DNA from: an uncultured Ruminococcus sp.
GTDB taxonomy: Bacteria; Bacillota; Clostridia; Oscillospirales; CAG-272
Assembly: GCA_964579135.1 (NCBI GenBank)
Contig: CAZOFD010000006.1
Coordinates: forward strand, 1-61,262
DNA length: 61,262 nucleotides
Direction: 5' to 3'
In this document: positions 1 to 10,353 of the stretch, piece by piece
Layout of the letters: every line of letters begins with the position of its first letter
Numbering within the stretch: position 1 is the first letter of the stretch
Position numbers and translations under genes: made by a program
Notes under the pieces: model-generated
Database searches by the model: none
What the model was told of the DNA's origin: nothing
The model's input: the letters and a program-made list of their open reading frames with translations, nothing else

Positions 1-522
1 TATATTTTCAACGTCCTCGCCGACGTAGCCCGCCTCGGTGAGCGTCGTCGCGTCGGCAATGGCAAAGGGAACTTTGAGCGATTTTGCGAGAGTTTGGGCG
101 AGATAGGTCTTGCCGACGCCGGTGGGACCTATCAGCAACACGTTGCTTTTTTGCAGATCGACGTCGTACTCGCAAGCGTCGTCCGCGTGGCGTTCACGCT
201 TTTCCGTTTTCGCAAGGATGCGTTTGTAATGGTTATATACCGCGACCGAAAGCGCGATCTTTGCCTTGTCTTGCCCGATGACGAATTTGTCAAGCTCGTT
301 TTTTATCTGAACGGGGCGAGGCAAAGTTTCAAGGCTCAGCGCCTCGTCGTCGTGCGGCGAAGAAATGCGTTTGAGATTTTCTTCGATCAGTTCTTCACAG
401 GCGTCGACGCAAAAATCGCAGATAAAAGCGCCCGTGGAGGAGGGAATCAAAAAGTTTACTTCGTTCTCGTTCCTTCCGCAAAAAGAGCAAAGGTGGAGTT
501 CTTGCCGATTGTTTGAAGGCAT
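1..522 (-). CDS. clpX: ATP-dependent Clp protease ATP-binding subunit ClpX (5' part only; runs off the window edge)
   Basis: My translation from ATG at 522 gives [17 protein letters not shown]...ICDFC (C4 zinc finger), [21 protein letters not shown], Walker A GPTGVGKT and [17 protein letters not shown]. Lies directly downstream of clpP. Confidence 0.97.
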   Translation of the reverse strand, partial: MPSNNRQELHLCSFCGRNENEVNFLIPSSTGAFICDFCVDACEELIEENLKRISSPHDDEALSLETLPRPVQIKNELDKFVIGQDKAKIALSVAVYNHYKRILAKTEKRERHADDACEYDVDLQKSNVLLIGPTGVGKTYLAQTLAKSLKVPFAIADATTLTEAGYVGEDVENI

Positions 523-540
523 TATTTATTACCTATCCTA

Positions 541-1155
541 TCAGTGACGCTCGATTATCTTGTCGATAATCCCGTATTCGAGCGCTTGCTCGGCGGTCAT
601 AAAATTGTCGCGATCGGTGTCTTTTTCGATGACCTTTATGGACTTGCCGGTGTTTTTCGCAAGGATCTCGTTGAGCATCTTTTTGGTACGAACGAGGAGC
701 TCCGTTCTTATAAGCACGTCGGATACCTGCCCCTGAGCACCGCCGAGGGGTTGGTGTATCATAATCTCGCTGTGCGGCAACGCAAAACGTTTTCCGGGTG
801 TGCCCGCAGAGAGCAGAAAAGCGCCCATACTCGCCGCCATACCGATACATATCGTGCTGACGTCACATTTGACGAATTGCATAGTGTCGTATATCGCCAT
901 CCCGGCGGTAACGCTGCCGCCGGGGCTGTTGATATAAAACGAAATGTCTTTATCGGGATCCGTGGATTCGAGATAGAGCATTTGCGCGATCACGAGAGAT
1001 GCCGTAGTATCGTTGACCTCGTCGGAAAGAAAGATCACACGGTCGTTAAGCAGGCGTGAAAATATGTCGTAAGAACGCTCACCGCGGTTCGTCTGTTCGA
1101 TGACGTACGGAACAAAAGCTCCGCGCGGCGTTTCGTTGCCCGAAAAACTGTTCAT
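541..1155 (-). CDS. clpP: ATP-dependent Clp protease proteolytic subunit
   Basis: [31 protein letters not shown] (catalytic Ser), IMIHQP (His), DRDNF (Asp). Confidence 0.98.
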   Translation of the reverse strand: MNSFSGNETPRGAFVPYVIEQTNRGERSYDIFSRLLNDRVIFLSDEVNDTTASLVIAQMLYLESTDPDKDISFYINSPGGSVTAGMAIYDTMQFVKCDVSTICIGMAASMGAFLLSAGTPGKRFALPHSEIMIHQPLGGAQGQVSDVLIRTELLVRTKKMLNEILAKNTGKSIKVIEKDTDRDNFMTAEQALEYGIIDKIIERH

Positions 1156-1192
1156 AGTAAAGACCTCCGTGATATTTTATTGGGGAAGAGGA

Positions 1193-2509
1193 TCATTCCG
1201 CGTCAGCGGCAGCCTCGGGTGCTTTGTCGAGATACGTTATCTTTGCCGAGGATTTTGCGATCTCAACGGCGCGGCGGTTCTTAAGCGTATGAGCGATCTC
1301 CTCGGCGGGAAGATTCTCTTTTGCGTAGTCGAGTTCGACGCCGTATTGCTTTGCGACGTCCTCGTATTCCTTTGCTATCTCGTCTTCGGTGGGCTCGATG
1401 GACTCGAGCGAAGCGATCTTTTCAAGGGCGAGCTCGAGCTTTACGGAATCAACGGCAGAGGGGCGTACCTGCTCCTTGTAACCGTCGAGGGTCATATCGA
1501 AATACTTGAGGTAGGTCTTGAAATCGAGACCTTGCATTTGCATTCTTGCGCTGCTGTTGCGAACTATTGCCTCGACCTCGGCATCGATCATAGACGCGGG
1601 GATTTCGGCTTCGACGAGTTCTGCGAGTTTTTGACGGATCTTGCCCTCAAGCTCTTCGTCTGCGCGAGAGTCGTGTCCCTTTTCGAGTTTTGCCGCAATA
1701 TCCGCACGATATTCCGCAAAAGTGTTGAATTCGGATACGTCGAGTGCGAAATCGTCGTCAAGCTCGGGAAGCTCGCTCAGCGTGAGCGCCTTGAGAGCGA
1801 CCTTAAAGGTCGCGTTTTTGCCCGCGAGATCTTTTGCGTGGTATTCTGCGGGGAAAACTACGTTTACGTCAAAGTTTTCGCCTACGGAGTGACCTACCAC
1901 GCCCTCTTCGAAACCGGGAATGAACTGACCGGAGCCGAGCTTGAGCTTGTGCCCCTCGTCCTTGCCGCCGTCAAACGCAACGCCGTCGACGAATCCTTCG
2001 TAGTCGATGGTAGCGGTGTCACCCATAGCTGCCGCACGATCGGTGACCTCGATCTCTCTTGCGTTTCTTTCGCGTACGGTCTCGATTTCACGGTCGATCT
2101 CTTCGTCGGTAACGGGGGTGCGAACTACGTCGACCTCGATGCCGTGGTACTCGCCGAGCTTTATCTCGGGTTTTACGTCCATCGTTGCGGTGAGAACGAC
2201 TTCGTTTTCGTTCATATCGGATATCTCGAATTCGGGGCGCGAAACTACGTCTTTTTCGACTGCCGCGATTATCTCGGGGTAGGATGCGTTTATAAGTTCG
2301 TTTACGGCGTCCTCGAGGAAGATGCCGGTTCCGTACATTTTTTCGATAACGGAGCGGGGAGCCTTTCCGCGACGGAAGCCGGGAACGTTAAAGCTGTTCG
2401 ACTTCTTTTTAAATACTTTTGCTTTTTCCGCTTCTACGGTAGCCGCATCAAAAGAGAATTCAACGACTGCCTGATTTTTTTCGTTAACGGTTGTGTTCTT
2501 GATGGTCAT
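1193..2509 (-). CDS. tig: Trigger factor
   Basis: GFRRGKAP ribosome-binding motif, FKBP domain (LGSGQFIPGFEE, FPAEYHA), tig-clpP-clpX synteny. Confidence 0.97.
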   Translation of the reverse strand: MTIKNTTVNEKNQAVVEFSFDAATVEAEKAKVFKKKSNSFNVPGFRRGKAPRSVIEKMYGTGIFLEDAVNELINASYPEIIAAVEKDVVSRPEFEISDMNENEVVLTATMDVKPEIKLGEYHGIEVDVVRTPVTDEEIDREIETVRERNAREIEVTDRAAAMGDTATIDYEGFVDGVAFDGGKDEGHKLKLGSGQFIPGFEEGVVGHSVGENFDVNVVFPAEYHAKDLAGKNATFKVALKALTLSELPELDDDFALDVSEFNTFAEYRADIAAKLEKGHDSRADEELEGKIRQKLAELVEAEIPASMIDAEVEAIVRNSSARMQMQGLDFKTYLKYFDMTLDGYKEQVRPSAVDSVKLELALEKIASLESIEPTEDEIAKEYEDVAKQYGVELDYAKENLPAEEIAHTLKNRRAVEIAKSSAKITYLDKAPEAAADAE

Positions 2510-2544
2510 TTTTTTGTCCTTTCAAAATTTATACATTCTTATAT

Positions 2545-2572
2545 ATTTTACATAAATATTTATTTCTGTCAA
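2545..2572 (-). promoter_or_regulatory. Putative sigma-A promoter of tig-clpP-clpX
   Basis: Minus strand TTGACA-N16-TAAAAT in an AT-rich intergenic region. Confidence 0.55.
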
Positions 2573-2615
2573 GAGAAAATCGAAAAAATGTACTTATGCC
2601 CGCGCGGGCGGCGCG

Positions 2616-3332
2616 TTATGATATCTTATGAGGACAAAAGTCAAGTTTGTCCGCCGATATCATTCTGAATTTTATGCCTTCGAAGTCAAAATCGCCCTCC
2701 GAGGAATAAACGCCGTGGATATGCCCGTAAAAGCATTCTTGCACGCCGTATTCGTGCAAAAGGTCGATCGTATCACGGCAGACGTTGTCGCGCCAAACGG
2801 GGGGGAAATGCAAAAATACGTATTTCGGCAGCGGCGAGTGCAGGTTCGCGGCGCAGTCGAGGCTCGCCCTGAGGCGACGGCTCTCGCGGTCGATCATTCG
2901 TTGCCAATCGACGTCTCCGACGGTCTTTTGGTTGGCGGGGTCGGGAAACCAGCCGCGCGTTCCGCAAATAAACCCTTGCGGAGTTTCAAAGGCATTGTTG
3001 TAAAGAAATTCAACGCTTTTGAGTGACAAGTCGCAGAGGTATCGATTCATTTTCGATACCGTGCTCCACCAAAAATCGTGGTTTCCTTTGCCGATATATT
3101 TTTTGCCGGGCAACGATTCTATAAAAAGGAAGTCGTCTTTGGCTTCGTCAAGGGTCATCGCCCAAGAAAAATCGCCCGGGATAACTACGTTGTCGTCGTC
3201 TTTGACGATCGCTGTCCAATTTTTTACGAGCTTTTCGCGGCATCCGATCCAGCGGTTGCCGAATACGGACATTGATTTTGCGTCGCCCGCGGCGCCGGCA
3301 AGATGCAGATCGGCTATGGTAAAAAGCGACAT
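2616..3332 (-). CDS. Calcineurin-like metallophosphoesterase
   Basis: DLH, PGD, GNHD, FLHFPP and GHIH motifs. Confidence 0.9.
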   Translation of the reverse strand: MSLFTIADLHLAGAAGDAKSMSVFGNRWIGCREKLVKNWTAIVKDDDNVVIPGDFSWAMTLDEAKDDFLFIESLPGKKYIGKGNHDFWWSTVSKMNRYLCDLSLKSVEFLYNNAFETPQGFICGTRGWFPDPANQKTVGDVDWQRMIDRESRRLRASLDCAANLHSPLPKYVFLHFPPVWRDNVCRDTIDLLHEYGVQECFYGHIHGVYSSEGDFDFEGIKFRMISADKLDFCPHKIS

Positions 3333-3459
3333 ATCTCTCCTTTCGTTCGCCGTGTGCCCCGCGTTTGCGGGCGTTTTTCGGCAACCGTTTTTTTAAATAT
3401 GAATACGATCGCTTTCGGTGAGGAATAATCTTTGTGAGATCAACCGAAAGGAGTTAAAG

Positions 3460-3657
3460 ATGAACGATCAGTCGAAAAGAAGCGCTTGCTGCGGCAAAAG
3501 CGGCAAGCACATCGAGGGTATCGTGTGCGACGTTAAAAATTGCGCGTTTCACGATTGCGAAACTCATTGCACAGCCAAGCAGATAAGCGTCGGCCCCTCG
3601 GGAGCGGAGCACAGCAGCGACACGGCTTGCACGACGTTTAAGCCGAAAGCGGAGTGA
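3460..3657 (+). CDS. Small Cys-rich DUF1540-family protein
   Basis: RBS AAGGAG before ATG 3460. IVCDVKNCAFH...CTAKQISVG...TACTTF matches the DUF1540 pattern. Confidence 0.85.
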   Translation: MNDQSKRSACCGKSGKHIEGIVCDVKNCAFHDCETHCTAKQISVGPSGAEHSSDTACTTFKPKAE

Positions 3658-3664
3658 GCCGCTT

Positions 3665-3698
3665 GCGGGATCGCTTTACGGGCGATCCCGCTTTTTTT
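3665..3698 (+). terminator. Rho-independent terminator after the DUF1540 gene
   Basis: GCGGGATCGC/GCGATCCCGC stem followed by T7. Confidence 0.8.
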
Positions 3699-3727
3699 CG
3701 TGTTTGCGTTTTGCGCCGCGACAAAAC

Positions 3728-5230
3728 TCAGTGAAGAGCGGAGTTTTGCTCGACGGAGGCGAAGACCTCCTCGAGCATATCGCTCGGGTCGCAGACCTCG
3801 GTGAAGCGCACGCGGCGCGAATCGAGCCCTGCCAAAGGCATCGGTATCGGCTCGCCCGTCAGTTTCGAGAGCTCGCCGAGCGCAGCGTAGTCCTCGGGCG
3901 GGCGGCAATCGGTAAGCGCGCGATAAACGTCGGCGGCAAATTTGAAAGGGCTTGCGGTAGACGCGAGGAGCATAGGCGTTTCGTCACCGCTCTGCGCAAG
4001 ATATTTTTCCGCACAGCAAAGTCCGACGGCGGAGTGCGTATCGCAAAGATAACCGAAGTTGTCGAACGTCGTTCTGATGGTAGCCGACGTTTCGTCCTCG
4101 TCGGCAAAATATCCCGCAAACGTTTCGCGGATACTCTTCAGCGTGTCGCTTTCGACGGTATAACGCCCGCTTTCGGCAAGTTCGCTCATATATTGCGCCG
4201 TTTTTTCGCTTCCGCAGATAACGTAAAGAAGACGCTCGAGGTTGCTTGATACGAGTATGTCCATAGAGGGAGATATCGTTGCGTGGAAATCGCGGTTTCT
4301 GTCGTAGGTGCCGCTCGTCAGGAAATCGGTGAGGACGTTGTTGGTGTTGGATGCGCAAACGAGTCGCTTTACGGGCAAGCCCATAGTTTTTGCGATATAA
4401 GCCGCGAAAATGTTGCCGAAGTTACCCGTGGGAACGCAGACGTTGATCTTGTCGCCGAGAGCGACGGTGCCGTTTTGCACCATATCGCAATAAGCGGAGA
4501 AGTAATATACGATCTGCGGAGCGAGACGCCCCCAGTTTATCGAATTCGCGCTTGATAGGAAATAACCCGCCTTGTCGAGCTTTTCGGCGGCATCTTTGTC
4601 GGAAAAGATCTTTTTTACACCCGACTGAGCGTCGTCGAAATTGCCGCGGATAGCATAAACGTTGACGTTTTGACCGTTTTGCGTTGCCATTTGCAGCTTT
4701 TGCACGTTGCTAACGCCGTCAACGGGGTAAAATACGTCGATCTCTATGCCATCTACGTCACGATATCCCTCGAGCGCCGCTTTGCCGGTATCGCCCGAGG
4801 TTGCGACGAGGACGAGCGCTTTTTTGTCCGTGCCGCTCTTTTTGATGGCGGCGGAGAGTAGGCGCGGCATAAGTTGGAGCGCCATATCTTTGAAAGCCGC
4901 CGTGGGACCGTGCCAAAGCTCGATTGCGGAGATGCGGCTGTTTATCTTTTTGACCGGAGCCGCACCGTCCGGAAAGGCTTCGCTACCGTATGCCGCAAGG
5001 CAACATTCGTCAAGCTCCTCTTTTGTGTAATCCGAAAGGAAAAGCGAGAGGATGCGCGAGGCGCGCTCGGCATACGAAAGGGGAATGAGGGCGGAGATAA
5101 AGTCTTCGTTTATCTCGGGGATGCGCTCGGGCATATAGAGCCCGCCGTCGTTTGCCAAACCGTGCAGGATCGCCTGCGATGCGGAAACTTTATCGTTTTG
5201 TGATCTGCTTCTTGTACTGACGTAGTTCAT
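3728..5230 (-). CDS. thrC: Threonine synthase
   Basis: MNYVSTR, GLANDGGLY, ELWHGPTAAFKD (PLP Lys), ATSGDTG, SANSINWGR, PTGNFGN. Confidence 0.97.
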   Translation of the reverse strand: MNYVSTRSRSQNDKVSASQAILHGLANDGGLYMPERIPEINEDFISALIPLSYAERASRILSLFLSDYTKEELDECCLAAYGSEAFPDGAAPVKKINSRISAIELWHGPTAAFKDMALQLMPRLLSAAIKKSGTDKKALVLVATSGDTGKAALEGYRDVDGIEIDVFYPVDGVSNVQKLQMATQNGQNVNVYAIRGNFDDAQSGVKKIFSDKDAAEKLDKAGYFLSSANSINWGRLAPQIVYYFSAYCDMVQNGTVALGDKINVCVPTGNFGNIFAAYIAKTMGLPVKRLVCASNTNNVLTDFLTSGTYDRNRDFHATISPSMDILVSSNLERLLYVICGSEKTAQYMSELAESGRYTVESDTLKSIRETFAGYFADEDETSATIRTTFDNFGYLCDTHSAVGLCCAEKYLAQSGDETPMLLASTASPFKFAADVYRALTDCRPPEDYAALGELSKLTGEPIPMPLAGLDSRRVRFTEVCDPSDMLEEVFASVEQNSALH

Positions 5231-5315
5231 TTCGTTGCATATTCCTTTTCTGTTTCGATATGCGCTCCCGCTGCGGCGAAAGGCTTATTTCGGTCGTATA
5301 CGAAAGACGAGGCTC

Positions 5316-5720
5316 TCATCTTCCGAATGCGTTTCTTACGTGGTTTACGTTTTTGAGCTCGAGCTTGCCTAAAGGATCTTTCGTAACGTAGATCTCGATA
5401 ACGTCGAGGCGCGGAAATTTGCCCGACGGATGCGCGGCGAGATATTCGCGCGCTGCGGAGAGAAGATTTTGCCGTTTTTTGTAATTTACAGCGGCTGCGG
5501 GTGCGACGAGATAGCGGGTGTCGCGGTCGCAGTGCGACGACACGGTACGGGTTTTGACCTCAACGAAGCAGACGTGAGCGTCGTCCTCGGCGACGATATC
5601 GATCTCGCGTTTTCCGAGGCGCACGTTTCTCGCGACGACGCTGTATCCGTTGCGTGTGAGATATTCGGCGGCTGCGTCCTCGCCGTAGGCTCCCAAGCGT
5701 TCGTTATCGCGCCCCGTCAT
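5316..5720 (-). CDS. yraN: YraN family endonuclease-like protein
   Basis: GAYGEDAAAEYL, EIDIVA, FVEVKTR, RLDVI. Follows rnhB. Confidence 0.93.
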   Translation of the reverse strand: MTGRDNERLGAYGEDAAAEYLTRNGYSVVARNVRLGKREIDIVAEDDAHVCFVEVKTRTVSSHCDRDTRYLVAPAAAVNYKKRQNLLSAAREYLAAHPSGKFPRLDVIEIYVTKDPLGKLELKNVNHVRNAFGR

Positions 5721-6315
5721 CGTTTAAAAACCTTATGAATTTTTTTCTGTGGCAGGGCGAGGGGCCGAATCGCCTCAACGCCGCCATATGTTCGGCGGTA
5801 CCGTAACCTTTGTTTTTCGCGATCATATACTCGGGATATTCGCGGTCGAGCTCAAGGCATATCCTGTCACGCGTTACCTTGGCAAGCACCGAGGCTGCCG
5901 CTATCGACGGGACTTTGGCGTCGCCTCCGATAACGCATCTGCCGTCGATCTCGAAATCACGAAAAACGTTGCCGTCGACAAGCAAATAATCGGCGCGTAC
6001 GGGTAACGCCGCAACGGCGCGGTGCATAGCCGCAAGAGTGGCTTCGAGAATATTGAGCTCGTCGATCTCGCGAACGTCCGCCGTTCCGATGCCGAAAGCG
6101 ACGGCTTTTTTCGTTATTTCGTCGTAAAGCGCCTCGCGGTTTTTCGCCGAAAGCTTTTTCGAATCGTTAAGCCCCGCGAGCTCGAGCCCGCACGGCAGTA
6201 TGCATGCGGCGGCGACCACGGGACCGCACAGCGGACCGCGCCCCGCTTCGTCTATCCCGCAAACGGCGCCGAAACCGTTTGCGGCGAGCTCACTCTCAAC
6301 AGTGTATTCAAGCAT
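5704..6315 (-). CDS. rnhB: Ribonuclease HII
   Basis: GIDEAGRGPL, LNDSKKL, IAAASVLAKVTRD, KNKGYGT. Confidence 0.97.
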   Translation of the reverse strand: MLEYTVESELAANGFGAVCGIDEAGRGPLCGPVVAAACILPCGLELAGLNDSKKLSAKNREALYDEITKKAVAFGIGTADVREIDELNILEATLAAMHRAVAALPVRADYLLVDGNVFRDFEIDGRCVIGGDAKVPSIAAASVLAKVTRDRICLELDREYPEYMIAKNKGYGTAEHMAALRRFGPSPCHRKKFIRFLNDDGAR

Positions 6316-6382
6316 TGATTTATTGTTTCCCCCCGGAGTTTTCGGAGTATCCGTCTGCGGTTTGCGGTTGCGAGACGGTGAT

Positions 6383-7246
6383 TTATCGCCTATCGAGCGT
6401 TACGTGCCCGATCTTGCCCTCGCGAAATTCGTCGAGCAAAACAGATGCGGTCCGATCGTAGTCGATCTCGCCGCCCCGCAGCAAAAAGCCTCGCTTTTTG
6501 CCGATGAGCTCGAACAGTTCAAGGTCGCTCGCCGAGCCGAAGTCGTTCGTATGGTCGGTTTTGTATCTTGCGCCGAGCAGTGCGGGGTAAAGCGCGCGCA
6601 AGCGACGGATAAGGATCAGCGCAAGTTCGGCGGTGTCGAGCACGTCGTCTTTTATCGCTCCGGTGAGGGCGAGGTTTTCGCCTGCCGTTTTGTCGTCGAA
6701 TTTCGGCCAAAGCACGCCGGGCATATCGAGCAGATCCATACCGAGCGGCGTTTGCACCCATTGCTTGTCGCGGGTGACGCCCGGTCGATCCTCGACTTTG
6801 GCTTTTTTCGAGTCCGAAAGACGATTTATCAGCGTGGATTTTCCGACGTTCGGTATACCGACGACCATAGCTTTCAGCCTGCGCCCCGACATTCCGCGTT
6901 CTTCGTATTTATCTATCTTATCTCGGCATATGCGGCTCATCTCGCGCGGTATTATGTCAAGCCCCGCGCCCGTTTTGCAGTCGGTAAGTATGCAGGCTGT
7001 GGTGCCGTTGCCGCTCGCCTTTGCCCATACGGCGGAAATCGACGGGTCGGCAAGTCCCGCCTTGTTTAAAAGGATCATTCGCGGCTTTGCGCCGATAAGT
7101 TTGCCTATTTCGGGATTTTCCGAGCTTTTCGGTATCCTTGCGTCGCGAAGCTCTATTACAAAGTCTACGTTTTTCAGGTTTTCCGATATCATACGGCGCG
7201 TTTTCGCCATATGCCCCGGGAACCACTGTATTATCTGTGATGGCAT
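6383..7246 (-). CDS. rbgA: Ribosome biogenesis GTPase RbgA/YlqF
   Basis: IQWFPGHMAK, DARIP, GIPNVGKST, PGVT and DMPGVLWPK in circularly permuted order. Confidence 0.97.
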   Translation of the reverse strand: MPSQIIQWFPGHMAKTRRMISENLKNVDFVIELRDARIPKSSENPEIGKLIGAKPRMILLNKAGLADPSISAVWAKASGNGTTACILTDCKTGAGLDIIPREMSRICRDKIDKYEERGMSGRRLKAMVVGIPNVGKSTLINRLSDSKKAKVEDRPGVTRDKQWVQTPLGMDLLDMPGVLWPKFDDKTAGENLALTGAIKDDVLDTAELALILIRRLRALYPALLGARYKTDHTNDFGSASDLELFELIGKKRGFLLRGGEIDYDRTASVLLDEFREGKIGHVTLDRR

Positions 7247-7259
7247 ATTTTCTCCGTTC

Positions 7260-7898
7260 TTATTCGACCGCGCCGATTTTGTCGGTCGGGGTCAGGCGAT
7301 ATACTACTTTCCCGAGCACGCGGCGTTTGTCGACGAGCCCGATATACGGAGAACGGCTGTCGGACGAATGGTCGCGGTTGTCGCCCATAACGTAAAGCGA
7401 CCCCTCGGGCACGAAAGTATCGACAGGATAACCGTAATTCGCTCGGTAAGACGCGTACGTCGGGTCGTAAACGGCGTAATCTTCGTCAAGCGTAACGGGG
7501 TTTTCGCCGTTTTCGTCGCTCACGGTCACGACAAGTCGCCCCGTTGCTTCGTCGAGCTCTATGTGCACCCATTCGCCGCCGGTCGAGACGACTCTTTTTA
7601 CTATCGGTTCGTTAAAAACGGTGCCGGTTTGATGAAAAACGATGATATCTCCGCGTTCCACGTCCGAAAAGACGTCGGATACGAGCAGCAGCTCGCCGTC
7701 GTGCAGCGTGTCGACCATCGAATCGCCGTCGACGCGGCACAGGCAAACGACAAACGAGCAGAGAATGAATATGGCGCAAGCGGCGAAGGCGAACAGCTCG
7801 AAACAATCGAAGATATCCGCTGCGATCGACCTCTCGCGAGGCGTTTCGCTTTTTTCGCTTCGCTTCGCGCTTTGAGTTGCTTTTTGTTTACTTAACAT
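7260..7898 (-). CDS. lepB: Signal peptidase I
   Basis: TM anchor, VDGDSMVDTL (Ser), IVKRV (Lys), GDNRDHSSDSR. Confidence 0.95.
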   Translation of the reverse strand: MLSKQKATQSAKRSEKSETPRERSIAADIFDCFELFAFAACAIFILCSFVVCLCRVDGDSMVDTLHDGELLLVSDVFSDVERGDIIVFHQTGTVFNEPIVKRVVSTGGEWVHIELDEATGRLVVTVSDENGENPVTLDEDYAVYDPTYASYRANYGYPVDTFVPEGSLYVMGDNRDHSSDSRSPYIGLVDKRRVLGKVVYRLTPTDKIGAVE

Positions 7899-7913
7899 TT
7901 CGTCTCCCCACGC

Positions 7914-9122
7914 TTAACTGCTGCAGATATCTATGAAACGGCGCATAAGCTTCGAGCCGTCGGGCATAAAGTCTTGCTTTTCCGCCGCGGTGCGTTCGGT
8001 AAAGCAAGAAACCCCGGGGGCTTCCGAGCGCGAAGAATATATCATAAAGGGTACGGGCTCCGCCGTATGTGTGCGCAAAGCGACGGGCGTCGGGTGGTCG
8101 GGCAGGATCATTATGCCGTAACCGTCTTCCGCTTCGGCTTTGAAATATTCGAGGATGGGCGCGAGGATGCGCTTGTCGATATACTCTATGGACAGCACTT
8201 TGTTTTCGGCTTCCGCGCGGTGACCGCATTCGTCGGGGGCTTCCACGTGCAGATAAACGAGATCGCTGCCGCTTTTAAACGCGTTTATCGCGGCTTCGGC
8301 TTTGCCCTCGAAATTCGTGTGAATATTGCCCGTCGCTCCCTCAACGTCGGGCACTTCCATACCGGCGCAAATGCCGATGCCCTTTATAAGGTCGACTGCC
8401 GAGACAACGGTGGCGGTAAGACCGAATTTTTCTTTGAAAGAGGGGAGTGTCGGGCGCTTTCCGGGGCTCCAAAGCCAAGCGGAGTTCGCGGGCTTGAGAC
8501 CGCGCCTTTTTCTGTCGACGTTTACTGGGTGCGCCTCGAGCACACGGCAACTTTCACGCATAAAGTCGAGAAATTCGCCCTCGGGCAGATAGTCGCCTAT
8601 CCTTTTGCCGATTATATCGTGCGGACGTGCGAATTCGTACTTTTCGTCGACGCCTTTCCAAAGTACGCAATGACGGTAGCTTACACCGGTGTAAAAGCGG
8701 CGCGCTTCGTTGCCGAATTTTTCGTCAAGCGCTTTTACCAGCTGTGAGGATTCCTCGGTTGGTATCTCGTCCGCGCTGTGGTCGAGCATTATGCGATCCT
8801 CGTAGCGCTCGCCCTCGGATAGAGCGACCGTGTTAAAGCGCACGGCTACGTCGTCATCGTCCATATGAAGCCCCATACTTACGGCTTCAAGCGGTGCGCG
8901 CCCCTTAGAATATACTTTGGGGTCGAAAGACATTATCGCCATATTTGCGGTATCGGATTCGGGTACCATTCCGTTCGGAACGTTCAGCACCGTGCCTACG
9001 ACGGATTGTGAAGCGAGCATATCGATCGTAGGTTTGTCGGCTGCCTCCATAGGCGTTTTATCGCCGAGCTGCGCTATCTTTCGGTCTGCCATTCCGTCGG
9101 GGATCAAAACGAGGTATTTCAT
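7914..9122 (-). CDS. apgM: ApgM-type cofactor-independent phosphoglycerate mutase / proposed homoserine kinase (alkaline phosphatase superfamily)
   Basis: DGMAD, KTPMEAA, PESDTAN (phospho-Ser), HVEAPDECGH, PDHPTP...RTH metal ligands. Confidence 0.88.
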   Translation of the reverse strand: MKYLVLIPDGMADRKIAQLGDKTPMEAADKPTIDMLASQSVVGTVLNVPNGMVPESDTANMAIMSFDPKVYSKGRAPLEAVSMGLHMDDDDVAVRFNTVALSEGERYEDRIMLDHSADEIPTEESSQLVKALDEKFGNEARRFYTGVSYRHCVLWKGVDEKYEFARPHDIIGKRIGDYLPEGEFLDFMRESCRVLEAHPVNVDRKRRGLKPANSAWLWSPGKRPTLPSFKEKFGLTATVVSAVDLIKGIGICAGMEVPDVEGATGNIHTNFEGKAEAAINAFKSGSDLVYLHVEAPDECGHRAEAENKVLSIEYIDKRILAPILEYFKAEAEDGYGIMILPDHPTPVALRTHTAEPVPFMIYSSRSEAPGVSCFTERTAAEKQDFMPDGSKLMRRFIDICSS

Positions 9123-9227
9123 TGTTTGTTATCGCCCTGACTTTGTTTTGACAAAGTTTCCTTTCTTCGGTATTCGTAAGGCGCGTTCGCGCCGCTTATA
9201 TATTCGGTGTAAGCTGTCGCGAGAGCG

Positions 9228-10262
9228 TTATCTCGCGGATTCTATAATACCGCCGCCGACGAGTCTGTCGCCGTCGAAGAACACGGCGGCTTGCCCCGGC
9301 GCGGCTGCGCGTTGCTTCGCCCCGAACTTGACAAGGCAACGCCCGTTTGACGGAAAAACGACTGCGGGAGCGGATTTTTTCGTGTAACGTATGCGCACGT
9401 CGGCTTCGAAAGGCTCGCGCGGCGCTGTGCCGCAAACGAAAGAAACGTCCTTTAACTCAACGTATTGCGAGTAAAGTTCGTCCTCGCGAGCGAGGGTTAT
9501 CACGTTGTCGCGCGGCGAGATCGATTTTACGTAAAGTCGTGCGCTTGCCGGAATGCCGAGACCGCGACGTTGACCGACCGTGTAAAAAGCACAACCGCGG
9601 TGTTTGCCGAGCGGCGTTCCGTTTGAAGAAACGATATCGCCGCATTTGAGACTTTCGGGGCATCTTGCGGATATCAGCGAAGAAATATCGCCGCTCGGAA
9701 TAAAACAAACGTCTTGGCTGTCGGGACGCGAGGCGACCGACAGACCGTTCTCTCGCGCGACGGCGCGAACGCGCTCTTTCGTGAAGCGTGCAAGCGGAAA
9801 AAGCGTGCGCGAAAGGACTTTTTGGTCAAGCGAATAGAGAAAATAGGTTTGATCCTTGGCGGAGTCGAGTGCCGCGTGCAGTTCATAGGTCTCGCCGTTT
9901 TTTATTATCTCCGCATAGTGCCCCGTGGCGATAAGGTCGAAACCGTTCTCGTCGGCGTATCTCGTAAGGGCGGGGAATTTGACGGTCCTGTTGCAAAGAA
10001 CGCAAGGGTTCGGCGTTACGCCGGAGACGTACAGTTCCACAAAAGGTTCAATCACTTTTTTTTCGAATTCTTCGCGCATATCGACAACGACGTGGGGGAT
10101 GCCGAGCTGGCGTGCGGCGTCTTTTGCCGCCGCCGTCTCGCCGAACTGCGCGTCGCAAGTCACGAAAGTAAGCCCGGTTACGTCGTGACCCGCGGACAAG
10201 AGCAAAAAAGCCGCTACCGTGCTGTCGACGCCGCCGCTGAGACCGATCAATACTTTTGCCAT
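9228..10262 (-). CDS. mnmA: tRNA 2-thiouridine(34) synthase MnmA
   Basis: SGGVDS, TPNPCVLCN, ATGHYA, KDQTYFL, DSQDVCF, YTVGQRRGLG, PGQAAVF. Confidence 0.97.
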   Translation of the reverse strand: MAKVLIGLSGGVDSTVAAFLLLSAGHDVTGLTFVTCDAQFGETAAAKDAARQLGIPHVVVDMREEFEKKVIEPFVELYVSGVTPNPCVLCNRTVKFPALTRYADENGFDLIATGHYAEIIKNGETYELHAALDSAKDQTYFLYSLDQKVLSRTLFPLARFTKERVRAVARENGLSVASRPDSQDVCFIPSGDISSLISARCPESLKCGDIVSSNGTPLGKHRGCAFYTVGQRRGLGIPASARLYVKSISPRDNVITLAREDELYSQYVELKDVSFVCGTAPREPFEADVRIRYTKKSAPAVVFPSNGRCLVKFGAKQRAAAPGQAAVFFDGDRLVGGGIIESAR

Positions 10263-10324
10263 ACATTGCTCCTCATAATACGATCCGCACCGCGCTTCGC
10301 GCCACGACGTAAAACTTCTATGAT

Positions 10325-10353
10325 ATCATACATCCAAACGACGGATTTGTCAA
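10325..10353 (-). promoter_or_regulatory. Sigma-A promoter of the mnmA cluster
   Basis: Minus strand TTGACA-N17-TATGAT. Confidence 0.7.

Noticed and set aside
1100-2668. 522-aa plus-strand ORF
   Set aside because: Antisense shadow of tig with no recognisable motifs. Expected from codon bias in GC-rich DNA.
3395-3435. Forespore sigma (SigF/SigG)-like promoter before the DUF1540 gene
   Set aside because: GAATA...GGAATAAT is only a loose match, too weak to call.
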